Shown here: positions 36,726-48,628 of the stretch, in pieces
Layout of the letters: every line of letters starts with the position of its first letter
Numbering within the stretch: position 1 is the stretch's first letter
Assembly: GCF_018350175.1 (NCBI RefSeq)
Contig: NC_058368.1
Coordinates: 1,798,001-1,862,000 of the forward strand
DNA: 64,000 bases
Direction of reading: 5' to 3'
Origin: Felis catus
Lineage: Eukaryota
Notes under the pieces: model-generated
The model's input: only the letters and a program-made list of their open reading frames with translations
Database searches by the model: none
What the model was told of the DNA's origin: nothing
Translations under genes and position numbers: made by a program

Positions 36726-37025
36726 TAATAATTTGCACCTCCTCATTCAACAGAAGCGGATATTTCACTGATTCTTTAGGCTCTCATTTGAGTTGTGGGC
36801 AAAAATGTGCCCATACTACAGAACGTTTGACAAAGTCATCACATATGCAGATATGGGCAAATTATAAGATGGTATTTGTAAAATAATAAGCTTCAACCTA
36901 TTCCATTATAAAGGGAAAAACATTAGAGAAGGTATGACTGAAATGTTTCTGTCTCCACAGAGTATTTTATGCCACCACATAGGGTAAAACATAAGAAGGC
37001 CGATCCAAATAAAGGAAACTATTAC

Positions 37026-37200
37026 CTCTGTCCAATACTGCTGTTTGGTTTCTGTGTCCATATGTGCAAAACCACCCAAGACAAGAGCCTTCATCAGTGT
37101 CCTCTGCACGGGACTTGACAGGAAGTTCAGAGGTGGGCTTCGACTTGCAAACTGCTTGGCTAAGTTCCACCAGTTTTCACACTGAATCACTAAGTTTGCT
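37026..37200 (-). CDS. XPO4: Exportin-4 exon 16
   Basis: (R)ANLVIQCENWWNLAKQFASRSPPLNFLSSPVQRTLMKALVLGGFAHMDTETKQQYWTE; 175 nt; TAG| acceptor, GAG|GTAATA donor. Confidence 0.96.
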
Positions 37201-37292
37201 CTAGAAGCCGAAGTAACAAAACAAAAGACGTATTACTTTACACTGCGTGTATACCGAGTAAACAAAAATGGAAGGTAACTGAATTTAATTAG

Positions 37293-37508
37293 TTTAAAAA
37301 AAATTTTTTTTAACGTTTATTTTTGAGACAGAGAGAGACGGAGCATGAACGGGGGAGGGGCAGAGAAAGGGAGACACAGAATCCGAAACAGGCTCCAGGC
37401 TCCGAGCCGTCAGCACAGAGCCCGACACGGGGCCCGAACTCATGAACTGCGAGATCATGACCTGAGCCGAAGTCGGCCGCTTAACCGACTGAGCCACCCA
37501 GGCGCCCC
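37293..37508 (-). mobile_element. CAN-SINE (SINEC_Fc type)
   Basis: TSD TAATTAGTTT; CpG-rich. Confidence 0.95.
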
Positions 37509-37529
37509 TAATTAGTTTTTAAAGTACAG

Positions 37530-37790
37530 TATATAGTAAACTGATATAAATTTTGGAGTCACACAAGTCTGTGCTCAAATCCCATTAGTTGTTTGACAAT
37601 GTAAAATTTATTTACTCTCTTATTTAGTTACCAGATCCGTAAAACAGGGTAACAACAGTAATAACAGCGTTAACTCTCATGGCTGATATGTACACTATAA
37701 CTAAATAGTTACAATAAAATTAAATAAAATACTATATATGAAATGCTTGAAACAGTACAGTAAGTTACAAGAACTCAATAAATAACAGTC
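37530..37790 (+). mobile_element. MIR remnant
   Basis: TTTTGGAGTCA...CTCAAATCCC...CCGTAAAACAGGGTAACAACAGTA...CTCAATAAAT. Confidence 0.55.
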
Positions 37791-37840
37791 AATGCTAAGA
37801 GTAATAACAATCACATTCCTATATAGTAAGAAAAATGTTT

Positions 37841-38060
37841 GGGGTACCTGGGTGGCTCAGTTGGTTAAGCGTCTGACTTTGGCTCAGGTCATGATCTCAC
37901 AGTTCGTGAGTTCAAGCCCCACACTGGGCTCTGTGCTGACAACTCAGAGCCTGGAGCCTGCTTCAGATTCTGTGTCTCCCTACCTCCCTCTCTGTCCCTC
38001 TCCAGTTTGTGGTCTCTCTCTCTCTCTCTCTCTCTCTCTGTCAAAAATAACAAAAAAGAA
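37841..38060 (+). mobile_element. CAN-SINE
   Basis: Typical head, (CT)n, A-tail followed by GA/CA simple repeats. Confidence 0.93.
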
Positions 38061-38209
38061 AGAGGGGATGGGGGGAGAGAGACAGAGAGAGAGAGAGAGA
38101 CACACACACACAGAGGGAGGGATAGAGGAGGAAAAATTTCCAGAGTTTGTTGTAGAAAACACTAAAACTCTTAATTTGCAAAATTATTAAATTATCAAGT
38201 TTTTCTCAC

Positions 38210-38241
38210 CTTTATTTTTATTGTTTTTTAGGTTTATTTAT

Positions 38242-38297
<56 letters not shown>

Positions 38298-38460
38298 AAC
38301 AAGCAGGGGAGGGGCAGGTGGACACAGAGAGAATCCTAAGCAGGCTCTGTGCTATCAACGTGGAGCCCAATGTGGGACCCGAACTCATGAACCATGAGAT
38401 CATGACCTGAACCAAAATCAAGAGTCAGACGCTTAACCGACTGAGGCACCCAGGCGCCCC
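38210..38460 (-). mobile_element. CAN-SINE with long (AG)n
   Basis: TSD CAAGTTTTTCTCA. Confidence 0.93.
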
Positions 38461-38762
38461 AAGTTTTTCTCATCTTTAAAACAGAATAATAGGATATCTG
38501 AAAAAATTAAATGAGACTACTAAAGTGTATTAAAATGTTTTTAAAACTATAAATTACTAAACACATGTTTCTCATAAGAGTCTTTGATGCCAATCCTTGA
38601 ATAGCCAAAGCAATCCTCAACTGTACCATGAGAAAGCTCTATTTACATTCATAGCAATAATATGATATTGACTGTGTCTTTTTTTTTTTTTTTAAACACA
38701 TTGCTCCCAAATGCAGGGTCTATTTGCATTTAGGACCATGTAACTGTTTGCCACTTGAAAGA

Positions 38763-38763
<1 letters not shown>

Positions 38764-38811
<48 letters not shown>
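38764..38811. repeat. (CA)24 microsatellite, read as (UG)24 in XPO4 pre-mRNA
   Basis: Perfect dinucleotide run beginning at intron position +27 after the exon 15 donor. Confidence 0.98.
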
Positions 38812-38815
<4 letters not shown>

Positions 38816-38837
38816 CAGCCTCCAATTATCACCTTAC

Positions 38838-39007
38838 CTTTCTCTTCTTTCCACCAAAGTGACAAGGAGCTGCACAGTGTCATTTGCAAGGTCCTGCTCA
38901 CTACTCCACACTGAGAGGTTACTGATGACTTTTTGTAAGAGGTAGCCAATAATCCACTGAGAACCTTCTGTATCTGCTCCAAATGCTGTACTGAATGGCA
39001 GACTTAT
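38838..39007 (-). CDS. XPO4: Exportin-4 exon 15
   Basis: ISLPFSTAFGADTEGSQWIIGYLLQKVISNLSVWSSEQDLANDTVQLLVTLVERRE(R); 170 nt; AAG| acceptor, AAG|GTAAGG donor. Confidence 0.95.
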
Positions 39008-39486
39008 CTTAAAGGAGAAAACAAAAATTTTAAGGTCAGAAAGATCAGCTTAAAAAGAAGTGCACAGAAAAATCAAACTGAAGTTAGCATCTAAATCTGG
39101 AGTACCGTTTACTTTGCATCAATTTTATAAACGCATTCATTTCTGGGAGTCCAAAATAAAACCTCCTCAATCCACGGACATCTTCCAATGTGAGTTAACT
39201 TTACTCTCATTAACACACTAACATGGTGTTCATACCAAACACAAAGAACGTAAATTAATCCATTCCCACTAGTAATCTATAAATTAATATGGTCAAAATA
39301 AGCTGAATCAAACGATGTGCTCTAAGGAAAGTTATTAAAATCGTACATCGTTCATACAGTTCTCTTCAATGTGGAAGATGTTCAGCTCTTAGTTACATCT
39401 CGATGAGAAAATCACCAAGAAAAATATTCTCATTTCCACAAGTGTCGAATTCATAAATCCAAACAAAGCCAGTTTTATATTCTGAC

Positions 39487-39646
39487 CTGATCGTATAGTT
39501 TCTCATCCACCAGGAGGTAAGTCTTTGCCCAGCGCTTTAGGAACCAAACAATGTCTTTGCCCATTTGAGGGCTTAGGAGGTGAGTGAGGTCTGCTCTTAT
39601 TGCTCGAGATTCAACCTCTGAAACTCTGAGAACAGCAGATAATAGC
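39487..39646 (-). CDS. XPO4: Exportin-4 exon 14
   Basis: (R)LLSAVLRVSEVESRAIRADLTHLLSPQMGKDIVWFLKRWAKTYLLVDEKLYDQ; 160 nt; CAG| acceptor, CAG|GTCAGA donor. Confidence 0.95.
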
Positions 39647-40120
39647 CTGTAGGCATAAAAAAGAAGTCGTTTATTCTTCCATTTATTTGGCCGTCTAATA
39701 ATATTTGCTTCTGAAAAGTCCTTTTTGTTCTGTTTTCAACTCTCTGAATTTAGGCCAGGCTATAACTTGAAATTTTCATCAGCAGGATGAAAGTCCCCGT
39801 TCATTGCTGACCCTTCAGAAGCAGGAAACAAGACTCAGTCATGGGTAGAGACATCCTTCTGTGGAAGTCTCAGCATTACCATCCACAGAGATTTTTCACA
39901 TTGGACAGATACATACAAGTAAAAGTTCAGAGTAAAGGCTACATTCTGCAGCCCTTCCTCACTACTTCACTCCACGGTTAGCACTGTTTATTTTGATACA
40001 TTTGTTATTTTATGGTGGAGGGTCTGGTAACTAACTTACCCAGAATGCTCTGAACATTAAATCTTGCCTCTAAATTGGACACTCCTATATACTTCCTAAC
40101 AAACTTGATTCTTACTGGTA

Positions 40121-40341
40121 TTTTATTTTATTTTTTTTCAACGTTTATTTATTTTTGGGACAGAGAGAGACAGAGCATGAACGGGGGAGGGGCAGAGAGA
40201 GAGGGAGACACAGAATCGGAAACAGGCTCCAGGCTCCGAGCCATCAGCCCAGAGCCTGACGCGGGGCTCGAACTCACGGACCGCGAGATCGTGACCTGGC
40301 TGAAGTCGGACGCCCAACCGACTGCGCCACCCAGGCGCCCC
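40121..40341 (-). mobile_element. Young CAN-SINE (SINEC_Fc)
   Basis: Perfect TSD CTTACTGGTATTTTA; CpGs intact. Confidence 0.96.
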
Positions 40342-41370
40342 CTTACTGGTATTTTAAAATGCAAGTCTTGCTAAAAAAGTTATCCACGTAAGCGTGCATA
40401 CTGTCCTCTCCTACACTACATAATTCATACGGCTGTGTGGTGTTAATAACAGCATGATATGCTGAGAAGTTAGAAAGTCTTCTTCCGGGGGTGGGAGTAG
40501 GAGAGAAGAGAACCCGAAGTGATACATATTTAGCTTGACTTGAGCTAAAAGGCAAAGAAGCTGAGGATGTAATTGAAAGGATCCATCTTAACATCATTTT
40601 ATAGATGTCCTGCCAAGACCGGGATCCTAATCACCTGAACCTTGGCTTCTGCTACTTCTCTTTACTGTTCTCAAGATGACTAAAAGTATCTCCCTGTAAT
40701 GAAATCTTACATTTCAGTTCTTTGTCCAACTGTATATCTCGAAAGTACTAGATACTATTTATCGCCCTATCCTTTTGAAATAATTTCTCCCCTTGAACCA
40801 CACAGGTTTTTAAGTTTCTACCCCCAGAACATCCTTTTTCCCTATATAACACCTACTCCCTATACTACCTACCAGTGCTCAAATTTTCAAAAATTATTTT
40901 AGGGTGGATATGAACGAAAATACTCCAGGACCTCACATTACATTTAAGTTAAAGTATCAGATTTTTCCCGTAAGAATAGTTTGAAATGATATAATCTGCA
41001 GCCTAACAGAATTTGAATTAAATAATTACAGTAACTTTGTAAATTTGTGCACAGGAATTTAATTATCAGTGTTTTGGTACCCACCATCATCCATTTGAAA
41101 AACAAGTTTTTCTTTAACAGTTGGAAACTTAATACATTCTTTTTCTCCTTAAATTTTTATTTCTTTTCCCCACAGGTTATCTTATTGTAATACATTTTTA
41201 TAGTCATTTTTATTGATCATACCACATCCATCTCTGAAACAAATGTCTAGTTATTGAAAAGTCATTTTAAAAAATTCCCAGTGACCATAAGACTTGGTTC
41301 TAAAATGTGTTTTGGACTTATTAGTATACAATTGAGCGAAGTATAACACAAATTTAAATTATTAAACATA

Positions 41371-41600
41371 GGGGTGCCTCGGTGGCTCGGTCAGTTAAAT
41401 GTCTGACTTGGGCTCGGGTCATGATCTTGCGGTTTGTGAGTTTGAGCCCTGCGTCAGGCTGTGCTGACAGCTCAGAGCCTGGACCTTACTTCAGAGTCTG
41501 CGTCTCCCTCTCTCTCTCTGCCCCTCCCCTGCTCACGCTCCTTCTGTCTCTCTCTCTTTTTCACAAAAAAATAAACATTTAAGAAAGTTAAAAAAATTTA
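41371..41600 (+). mobile_element. CAN-SINE
   Basis: TSD TTATTAAACATA. Confidence 0.93.
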
Positions 41601-42249
41601 TTAAACATAAAACTAAAATTCTATGCATTTGTGAATGAGATTAATGTACCAGGATTTTGTTTTTCCAAATTAGTTCATGCATCTGTGAAAAAAAAATGGC
41701 TAATTAAAAAATAAATTATTTAAAAAAAATTAGCAGCCATTAAAAAATATATATATATATATAAATTCCTTATTCTTAGAATGAGACAGAGTTGAGTATA
41801 ATTTGATTTGATTCCTTTTTCATTTTTATAGAAACACTGAGAAAACCTATTCACATAAATGGAAAAAGCAGTTTTAAAATAACAGGGTTCCTCAATTATC
41901 TGAACCTAGTTTTATGCAAAACATCACGAAGATCTACTATCAAAAACTATTTTTAATCATCTCTTAGCTGACAATTTGATTTCTTGAGTCCCGTAATGCA
42001 AAGGGCTGAAAAGCTCCTGACCTGTAAAGTCCCTGTCATCCGCTACTCGGTCATTCACTCCCGACACCACACACTCAATTCGGAACCGTCGCTTTATCTG
42101 GCACCGCACGCTTTGACGCACCTGCCTCTCCGTCACGTTAAGACTCAGAACGAGCAAGAGCCTTGCCTTTCTCTGGCAAAGCAGGAGCAACGTAAAGCAG
42201 CGCGGGCTCCTGCGGCCTCACTGCCACAGCCCGTTGGGCGAGCAAAATC

Positions 42250-42780
42250 CCACGGGGCCGCCTCTGACAGAACCTCTCACAGCCACCTGACTCTTTCCAC
42301 CCCCACTTTTACCAGTGGAAACGCTTCCTCACCTGCCTGGTCGCCCTTTGAACCCACCTTCCACGGTACAATCCTGCTACCACCGTCTGACCGGTCCACC
42401 TGCCCGTTTCCGACGTTCTTCACCACTTTCACTCCTACCTCAGTCGCCCCATCCCCAATGCCAACCCTACTTCTCCACCTCCGGAAACGTCTCTCCCCTC
42501 CACGTTCACATGTGAGCCACACCACACTTCCTCTTGCTTTAGGCCATGCTCTCCTCCCAGGCCTCGGCCTCTGCTGTTGCCGCTGCCTGGAATCTTCTTC
42601 ACCTTTTGCTGCATGTTGCAAACTCCTACGCATCCCTCAACTATCTGCCTAAATAAATAAATCTCTCCAAAGCACCCCCTGATCCTTCCCCTGCCAACAG
42701 GTTAGGTAAACCCAGGCGCTCCTCTATCCCTCTTATCAGACTCCTGTTGTATCCTCAGATCCTGGCATACGGGGGAGGTG
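42250..42780 (+). mobile_element. L2-like remnant
   Basis: C/T-rich with TGCTGTT.CC.CTGCCTGGAAT and AAACTCCTAC.CATCC motifs typical of the L2 3' region. Confidence 0.55.
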
Positions 42781-42870
42781 AAGGAACAACTCAAAACATT
42801 TTTGTCATTAAAGTGTAGTTGACACACACATGTTACAAAACATTTTTTAATTGTTGATAATTCCAATTTC

Positions 42871-43088
42871 TTTTTTTTTTTTTAATATTTATTCATTTTT
42901 GAGAGACAGAGAGACAGAGTGTGAGCAGGGGAGGGGCAGAGAGAGAGAGGGAGACACAGAATCCGAAGCAGGCTCTGGGCTCCGAGCTGTGAGCACAGAG
43001 CCCGATGTGGGGCCTGAACCCACAGACCGTAAGATCATGACCTGAGCCGAAGTTGGATGCCTAACCGACCGAGTCACCCAGGCCCCCC
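42871..43088 (-). mobile_element. CAN-SINE
   Basis: TSD TTCCAATTTCT. Confidence 0.94.
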
Positions 43089-43229
43089 GATATTTCCAAT
43101 TTCTAATCCTACTTTAATTTCTTAAGTATGGTATCTAAACATACTTCCTATTTCAGACAGCACTCACAGTTTCCCATACTCTACAAATTAATCTTGAATT
43201 ACCTTTGCATTCATAAACCAAAAGTCTGC

Positions 43230-43995
43230 AAAATGAGTCAGAGCTTGTTAGTTTCTCACATCTGCTATTATCTCTCTGATTCAGACCACTATCATCTTTC
43301 TCTTGGATTACTACAACTAGCCTCTTCATTGGTCTCCCTGCTTCCATTTTTGTCCTCATAGTTTACTCTCAGTGCAGCAGAGGAATCTTTTTGCACAGTT
43401 CTGCTCAAACCTTACGACAGCACCCTACTTCATTCAGAGCAAAGGCTAAAGCCTTGATCTGATATCCCTCTGTTTTCCCTTCTATCTTGATCTCCTGACA
43501 AAATTCCACCTCATTCTGCTCAACCCACAATGGCAGTTCTTACTATTGCCTGAATATGCCAGACGTGCCACAGGGCCTTAGCATTCCCTGTTCGCTCTGC
43601 CTGGAATACTCTTCCCAGGCCTTCACGGCCTCCCTCACCAACCTCAAGTCTTTGCTGACAAGTCACCTTCCAAATGAAGTCTGTTACTGATTACACTACT
43701 TAAAATTACACACAGTCCCCGAATCTGTGCTCCAAATCCCCTCACCCTATTCAGTTTCTTATCTAGAGCACGTAGTCTTCTAACACTGTTTTTCCTTCCT
43801 TCCTTCCTTCCTTCCTTCCTTCCTTCCTTCCTTCCTTCCTTCCTTCCTTCCTTCCTTCCTTCCTTCCTCTCATCCATTCATTATCTTTCTCCTACAAGGA
43901 GCTTTAAAGGGGGATTGATTTTTGTCTGCTTTGCTCACTGATGTATCCCAAATGCCTACAACAGTACCTGGTACTCAATTAATTATTTGTCAGAG
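43230..43995 (+). mobile_element. L2 3' region, including a (TTCC)n repeat at ~43792-43868
   Basis: CTCTTGGATTACTACAACTAGCCTC...CTCTGCCTGGAAT...GCTCACTGATGTATCCCAAATGCCTACAACAGTACCTGG...CTCAAT. Confidence 0.8.
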
Positions 43996-45342
43996 GATAA
44001 ATTCTTCAAGAAATGTGAACTTTTTTTACAAACAAGGAATGTTTCTCTCATACGCCTTTCAATTTCACATTAATTCTTTGGACTTAAAAAAAAAATAGGG
44101 TGTTTTTTTGGTTTTTGGTTTTTTTTTTTGGTTTGTTTTCCAACCCTCCATAGTCTGTGCTCTCAGATACAAAAATATTTTGCTCCCACACTGATACCTT
44201 AGACTGGCAAAAATTGAAAAAGCACTGAAAATACAAGGAAAGCATACCTGATGGTACTGCCCAGGCAAGAAATATGACAAAGAATATAATATGACAGCCC
44301 TCTGAAATGAGCTGCCTTTGAAATTAACATTCACCATGAATCAAACCAAAGCAAAAGCAATGATTTTCACAAGCAATTAACCTAGCGCCTATAGTAATCC
44401 CCAAAAGAAGAGATAAAAATTTTGCAAAAATAGAGCATTGGTATTTTATTTCAAACAAGAAAATAAAACAATAAAGGAAATAAATTCCTAAACATTTCCT
44501 TGATAGTTCATTAAAAAAAAAAAATCCTGTTTTCTACTGCACAGGTATAAATGATATCCATGTATTTTTGAATTAAATTAAAAAGATGAAGGGGACAGCA
44601 CCCTGCTTGAGTTACTGATTCTGCAATTGACAAAAACCAGTGTTATTTCATTATTGGTGTATCTGCCTGCAACTTAACTTTAAAGATACTGAAATTTCAA
44701 ATGTTGGTTTTAAATCCACTTGTAGGAGGATATTCGGTCTAGGTTTATCCTTCCTTAATTTCACCATTAAGAATTAATGAAAATTTTGGCACTACTCCTA
44801 GGAAGATCAAAGTGAATTCTCATTTGAGGCACACAATTGTCTTCTAACTTTACCTGACAGGACACTCAAGTTTCACATATTCAGAACAAATACTTCAATT
44901 TTATAAGGTAAGAATCATAGTTTTCCTTCAGAAAGCCACTGAAATGTAGTTTTAGCTTTATGAACAATAAAAACTTGCCAATGTTCACCTGGTGTCTAGG
45001 AGGCTCACAGACTTTGATTCACTCATTTAGGGCACCTGTGCCACATCAGCACTGCTTTCTGATGGCCAAGGGACATGTCCCTTCAAACTTACACTGTATC
45101 CAGAATAATTTGACAAGTGTTTTCCTCAGTACAGGATATAGCTGTCAATTCTCACCAGAGTGGCACTGCTTAAATATACCGAGTACTTGCCATCCTTGTT
45201 TATTTCAAGGCTTCTCCAAGTTTTATTTTCTTTCACGTATCAGATTTACAATGTGGCCAACACAGGAGTCATCTACCCATCAACTCAGAATTTATTTAAA
45301 ACATTATCAATTACAAGAGCACAGCTATAGAGTTCATATTAC

Positions 45343-45520
45343 CTAATCACAGAATCTGTTCTGTTGTACCCTGGGATGGAAGAAGCCTTTTCTCCTGGAG
45401 ATCCCAAAATTTGAAGTGTTGTATTAATGTCAACTTCAGATGAATGCTTAATGGAATATTCCATTATTTCTGGAGGTATTAGCGGAGTCTCTCCCTGAGT
45501 ATCATCAGCTAAGAGGTAGC
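45343..45520 (-). CDS. XPO4: Exportin-4 exon 13
   Basis: (G)YLLADDTQGETPLIPPEIMEYSIKHSSEVDINTTLQILGSPGEKASSIPGYNRTDSVI(R); 178 nt; AAG| acceptor, TAG|GTAATA donor. Confidence 0.95.
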
Positions 45521-45929
45521 CTTCAGTTTAAAAAAAATTAAAAACGAACACTTAACAAATCTACATTTATCAAGTTGCACTATAAATGTTCTCAGTTTTA
45601 TCTGATTTACATACATATTAAGTTGATGTAAAAGTAAATTATAAATGTTAATGTTAATTTCAAGTTTGATGAGTAGAAACTATTTCTCAGATAATGAACT
45701 CTCAAAATACAAAGGACAAATATTTTATTCACCAATTTTATAATTCATACTGATAGGTAGGCTTTTTAATCTACTATCTTTTAATAACTTTTAGTACTAT
45801 ATTCAGTAAAATTAACAGGAATTCTATTATCTATATCAAAGGCAATATTTGGGAGTGCCTTTTCCAAAATTAAGATTTTTTTTTCTTGATTATTAAAAAC
45901 ACAGAAACATTGACAGTATGGTTATAAAA

Positions 45930-46140
45930 GAAGACCCTACAAGTCAGACTGCCTAGATTTGCATTCTGGTTCCGGAAATTAATAGCAGTGTGACCACAGG
46001 CTACGTTCTTAAAACTCTCTCTCAGCTTCTTCATTTGCGAGATGAGGATAGTAACAATAATGAAACCTGACAACAGTACTAAGTCACTGGGCTGCAATGA
46101 ATTCCACATAAGACATTTGGTATGCAACAGACACTAAATA
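45930..46140 (+). mobile_element. MIR remnant
   Basis: AGTCAGACTGCCTAGATT...TGTGACC...CTCAGCTTCTTCATTTG...GGATAGTAACA. Confidence 0.65.
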
Positions 46141-46323
46141 TGCATGTCAGCCAATATTTTTACAAAATGCATCCCTAGCTCTGTGATATACAGCATCTGT
46201 ATTCAAATTTCATCCAACACTATGTACGGAACTTATTTTTAACATATGAAGCTTCTTCTAACACATAAGAACTTTAAACTGCTCAGTTGGCGATTACACT
46301 TCAGAAGGCAACAACCAACCAAC

Positions 46324-46469
46324 CTGTAACTAAAATAAGCCAGTGAATATCTTCATACAGATCATCAAGCATTTTGTTGTCTAGAGTGCTCGAACCAGGT
46401 GAAGCAAGTAACTGCTGCTGATGCCGCTGTAACTGACCGTGGAGCCTCGTTACTCTTTCTTCTAATAGG
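46324..46469 (-). CDS. XPO4: Exportin-4 exon 12
   Basis: (S)LLEERVTRLHGQLQRHQQQLLASPGSSTLDNKMLDDLYEDIHWLILVT(G); 146 nt; CAG| acceptor, CAG|GTTGGT donor. Confidence 0.96.
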
Positions 46470-46984
46470 CTGAAAAGGGGGGAAAAAACCCAAAGTTTCA
46501 TAAAGTTCAATACGCAAAGATCTAGAACAAACTGTATACATAATTTCCATTTATGAGACAACATAAATTAAGATGTTAGCACAAAAGCACATATATGAAA
46601 ATATTTATTGTAGTACACAGCTGTTCTCATAGCAGTATAGGAATTGTGATTTATTCTTTATGACATAGAATTAAAACATTGCTTTACAAACAATCAAGGC
46701 TTACAACAGGCATTCGAAAACTGGTCATTCCAAGTTTTTATTGACATGGGTCAAATCATTCTCATACCATGTTTTCCACAATCTCTCTGCCATCTATGCT
46801 GTGGTGCCTGGGCTCCAAATGTACAAGCCAAGGAATGCAACCATGAGTATGTTTCTGTCCGTTTGTTCCAGTGTGCTGGGATACGGGGTGGGGGTGTTTA
46901 AAGTCTTTAAACACTTTAAGTGCTCTCCAGGGAATTGTGAATAGAGAGTATTTGCTCCATGGGGTTTCTTTGGACTGTGTGTAC

Positions 46985-47127
46985 CTTGTCAGAAGAGGTA
47001 TACAGTGTTCTGCAGCAATCCTTCCTAGCATTCCTACACTGGCTAGTTGATCTGAAAACTGGTCTCGATCATCCTCTTGAAGTTCACTTATTTCTTCTTC
47101 CTCACGAGAGGCCACACCATTGGCAGT
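46985..47127 (-). CDS. XPO4: Exportin-4 exon 11
   Basis: TANGVASREEEEISELQEDDRDQFSDQLASVGMLGRIAAEHCIPLLT(S); 143 nt; TAG| acceptor, AAG|GTACAC donor. Confidence 0.96.
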
Positions 47128-47746
47128 CTATTATCAATGAGAGAAATAAAGAGTGAGGAGCTGCACTCCTTTGTGCAACAAATCATGCATTTCTGTTGCA
47201 CTGTAAAATAACTTCAGCACTTCACACAAGGAGGAGAGCTGGACGGAGCCAACCCAGTGGTCTAGAGCCTGCTGGAATGACAGTGCTGGTCATTCCAAAA
47301 GAAGGAGGTGGCGGGGGGGGGGGGGGGGGGCACAGAAGAGCAAGAAATAGAAGGTATCACCCCATGGTGCACATATGTAAACACAGCAAACTGCATTCAC
47401 AACCCACCTCCCACCCCTGAGAATTTAACTTCTGTCACTGAAAAGATCTGACATCTTTAAGATCCATGGAGCTTTGTATGCAAGAAGTCATTTATATCAC
47501 TCAACAACTAGGAAGACATAGGTGGATAACTGAAAACTGAAGAGAAACGGGGTAACTACAAGCAGCACCCACAAATATGAACTCATTTAGACAACAGGGT
47601 TACTTTTGCTCTCTAATGCTCTCCGCGAATCTTCTGAGGATGGTCCCCCTAAATTTCTAGTATTATGCAATGTATAATAGGATAAATGAGACGAAATAGA
47701 GCTACGATGAAATGCATTTTTACTTACAATCCAGCTTGAAGCTTAC

Positions 47747-47923
47747 CAAATTCCTCGTGCCATCTGGAGCAGCGAGGTGGCACTGAATATAGGAATTGAA
47801 AACTTGAACTGCATGTTGGGTAAAAAAGCCTTTGTGGAAATGTTTGTCGTCTTGGACCAAAGTTAGCCAGGATTCCAGCAATTTGTCATAGGCTTCCATG
47901 TACACCATGTCATCTTTATCAAG
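47747..47923 (-). CDS. XPO4: Exportin-4 exon 10
   Basis: LDKDDMVYMEAYDKLLESWLTLVQDDKHFHKGFFTQHAVQVFNSYIQCHLAAPDGTRNL; 177 nt; TAG| acceptor, TTG|GTAAGC donor. Confidence 0.96.
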
Positions 47924-48404
47924 CTAAGAGGAAAGAACACTCATAAAACAAATGGCTGGAGAAAGAAGATGGGAATTATAACAAGAGTTACACAGTTATA
48001 CATATAAATAGTTTTATGAGTTTTTCCTTTAGCAAAGGTTCCCAATTATTCAATAATCTCACTGACTGAGCACATTCTAAAATTAATCAAACATTGCAGT
48101 AAAAATGTGTAAGCTTTTTATTAAACCTTCTAAAATCTTTCTAACTTAATCTAAATAATGCTTAAGCAAACAGAAATTAATGTTTACTTTTTAAGAAAGA
48201 ATAAAAATACTGTGTACTTACTATACACTGTTAAATGATTTTAGAAAAAGTGAAGAATGATGAAAACAGACTGGTCTAATCAGCATATTTAAGAATATGT
48301 AGGGAGAACTTCATAGATATTAAATCCTTATTAAATTATCTTATGACATTCTTTTCATTTTCCCCTTCATTCTTTTGTAAATTTTTCACAAAATGACTTA
48401 AAAC

Positions 48405-48628
48405 TTAAAAAAAATTTTTTAATGTTTGTTTATATTTGAGAGAGAGAGAGACAAACACATAGGGTGAGCAGGGGAGGGGCAGAGAGAACCAGAGACAGAA
48501 TCTGAAGCAGGCTCCAGGCTGTCAGCTGTCAGCACAGAGCCTGACACAGGGCTCAAACTCATGAACTGTGAGATCATGACCTGAGCCAAAGTCCAACACT
48601 TAACTGACTGGGCTTCCCAGGCACCCCT
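48405..48628 (-). mobile_element. CAN-SINE
   Basis: Reverse head ..GGCACCCC, (AG)n, T-tail. Confidence 0.93.

Noticed and set aside
41984..42652. 222-aa plus-strand ORF, the longest in the track
   Set aside because: Antisense within an XPO4 intron, overlaps an L2-like remnant, is S/P/L/T-rich with no recognisable domain, and local GC richness explains the lack of stops.
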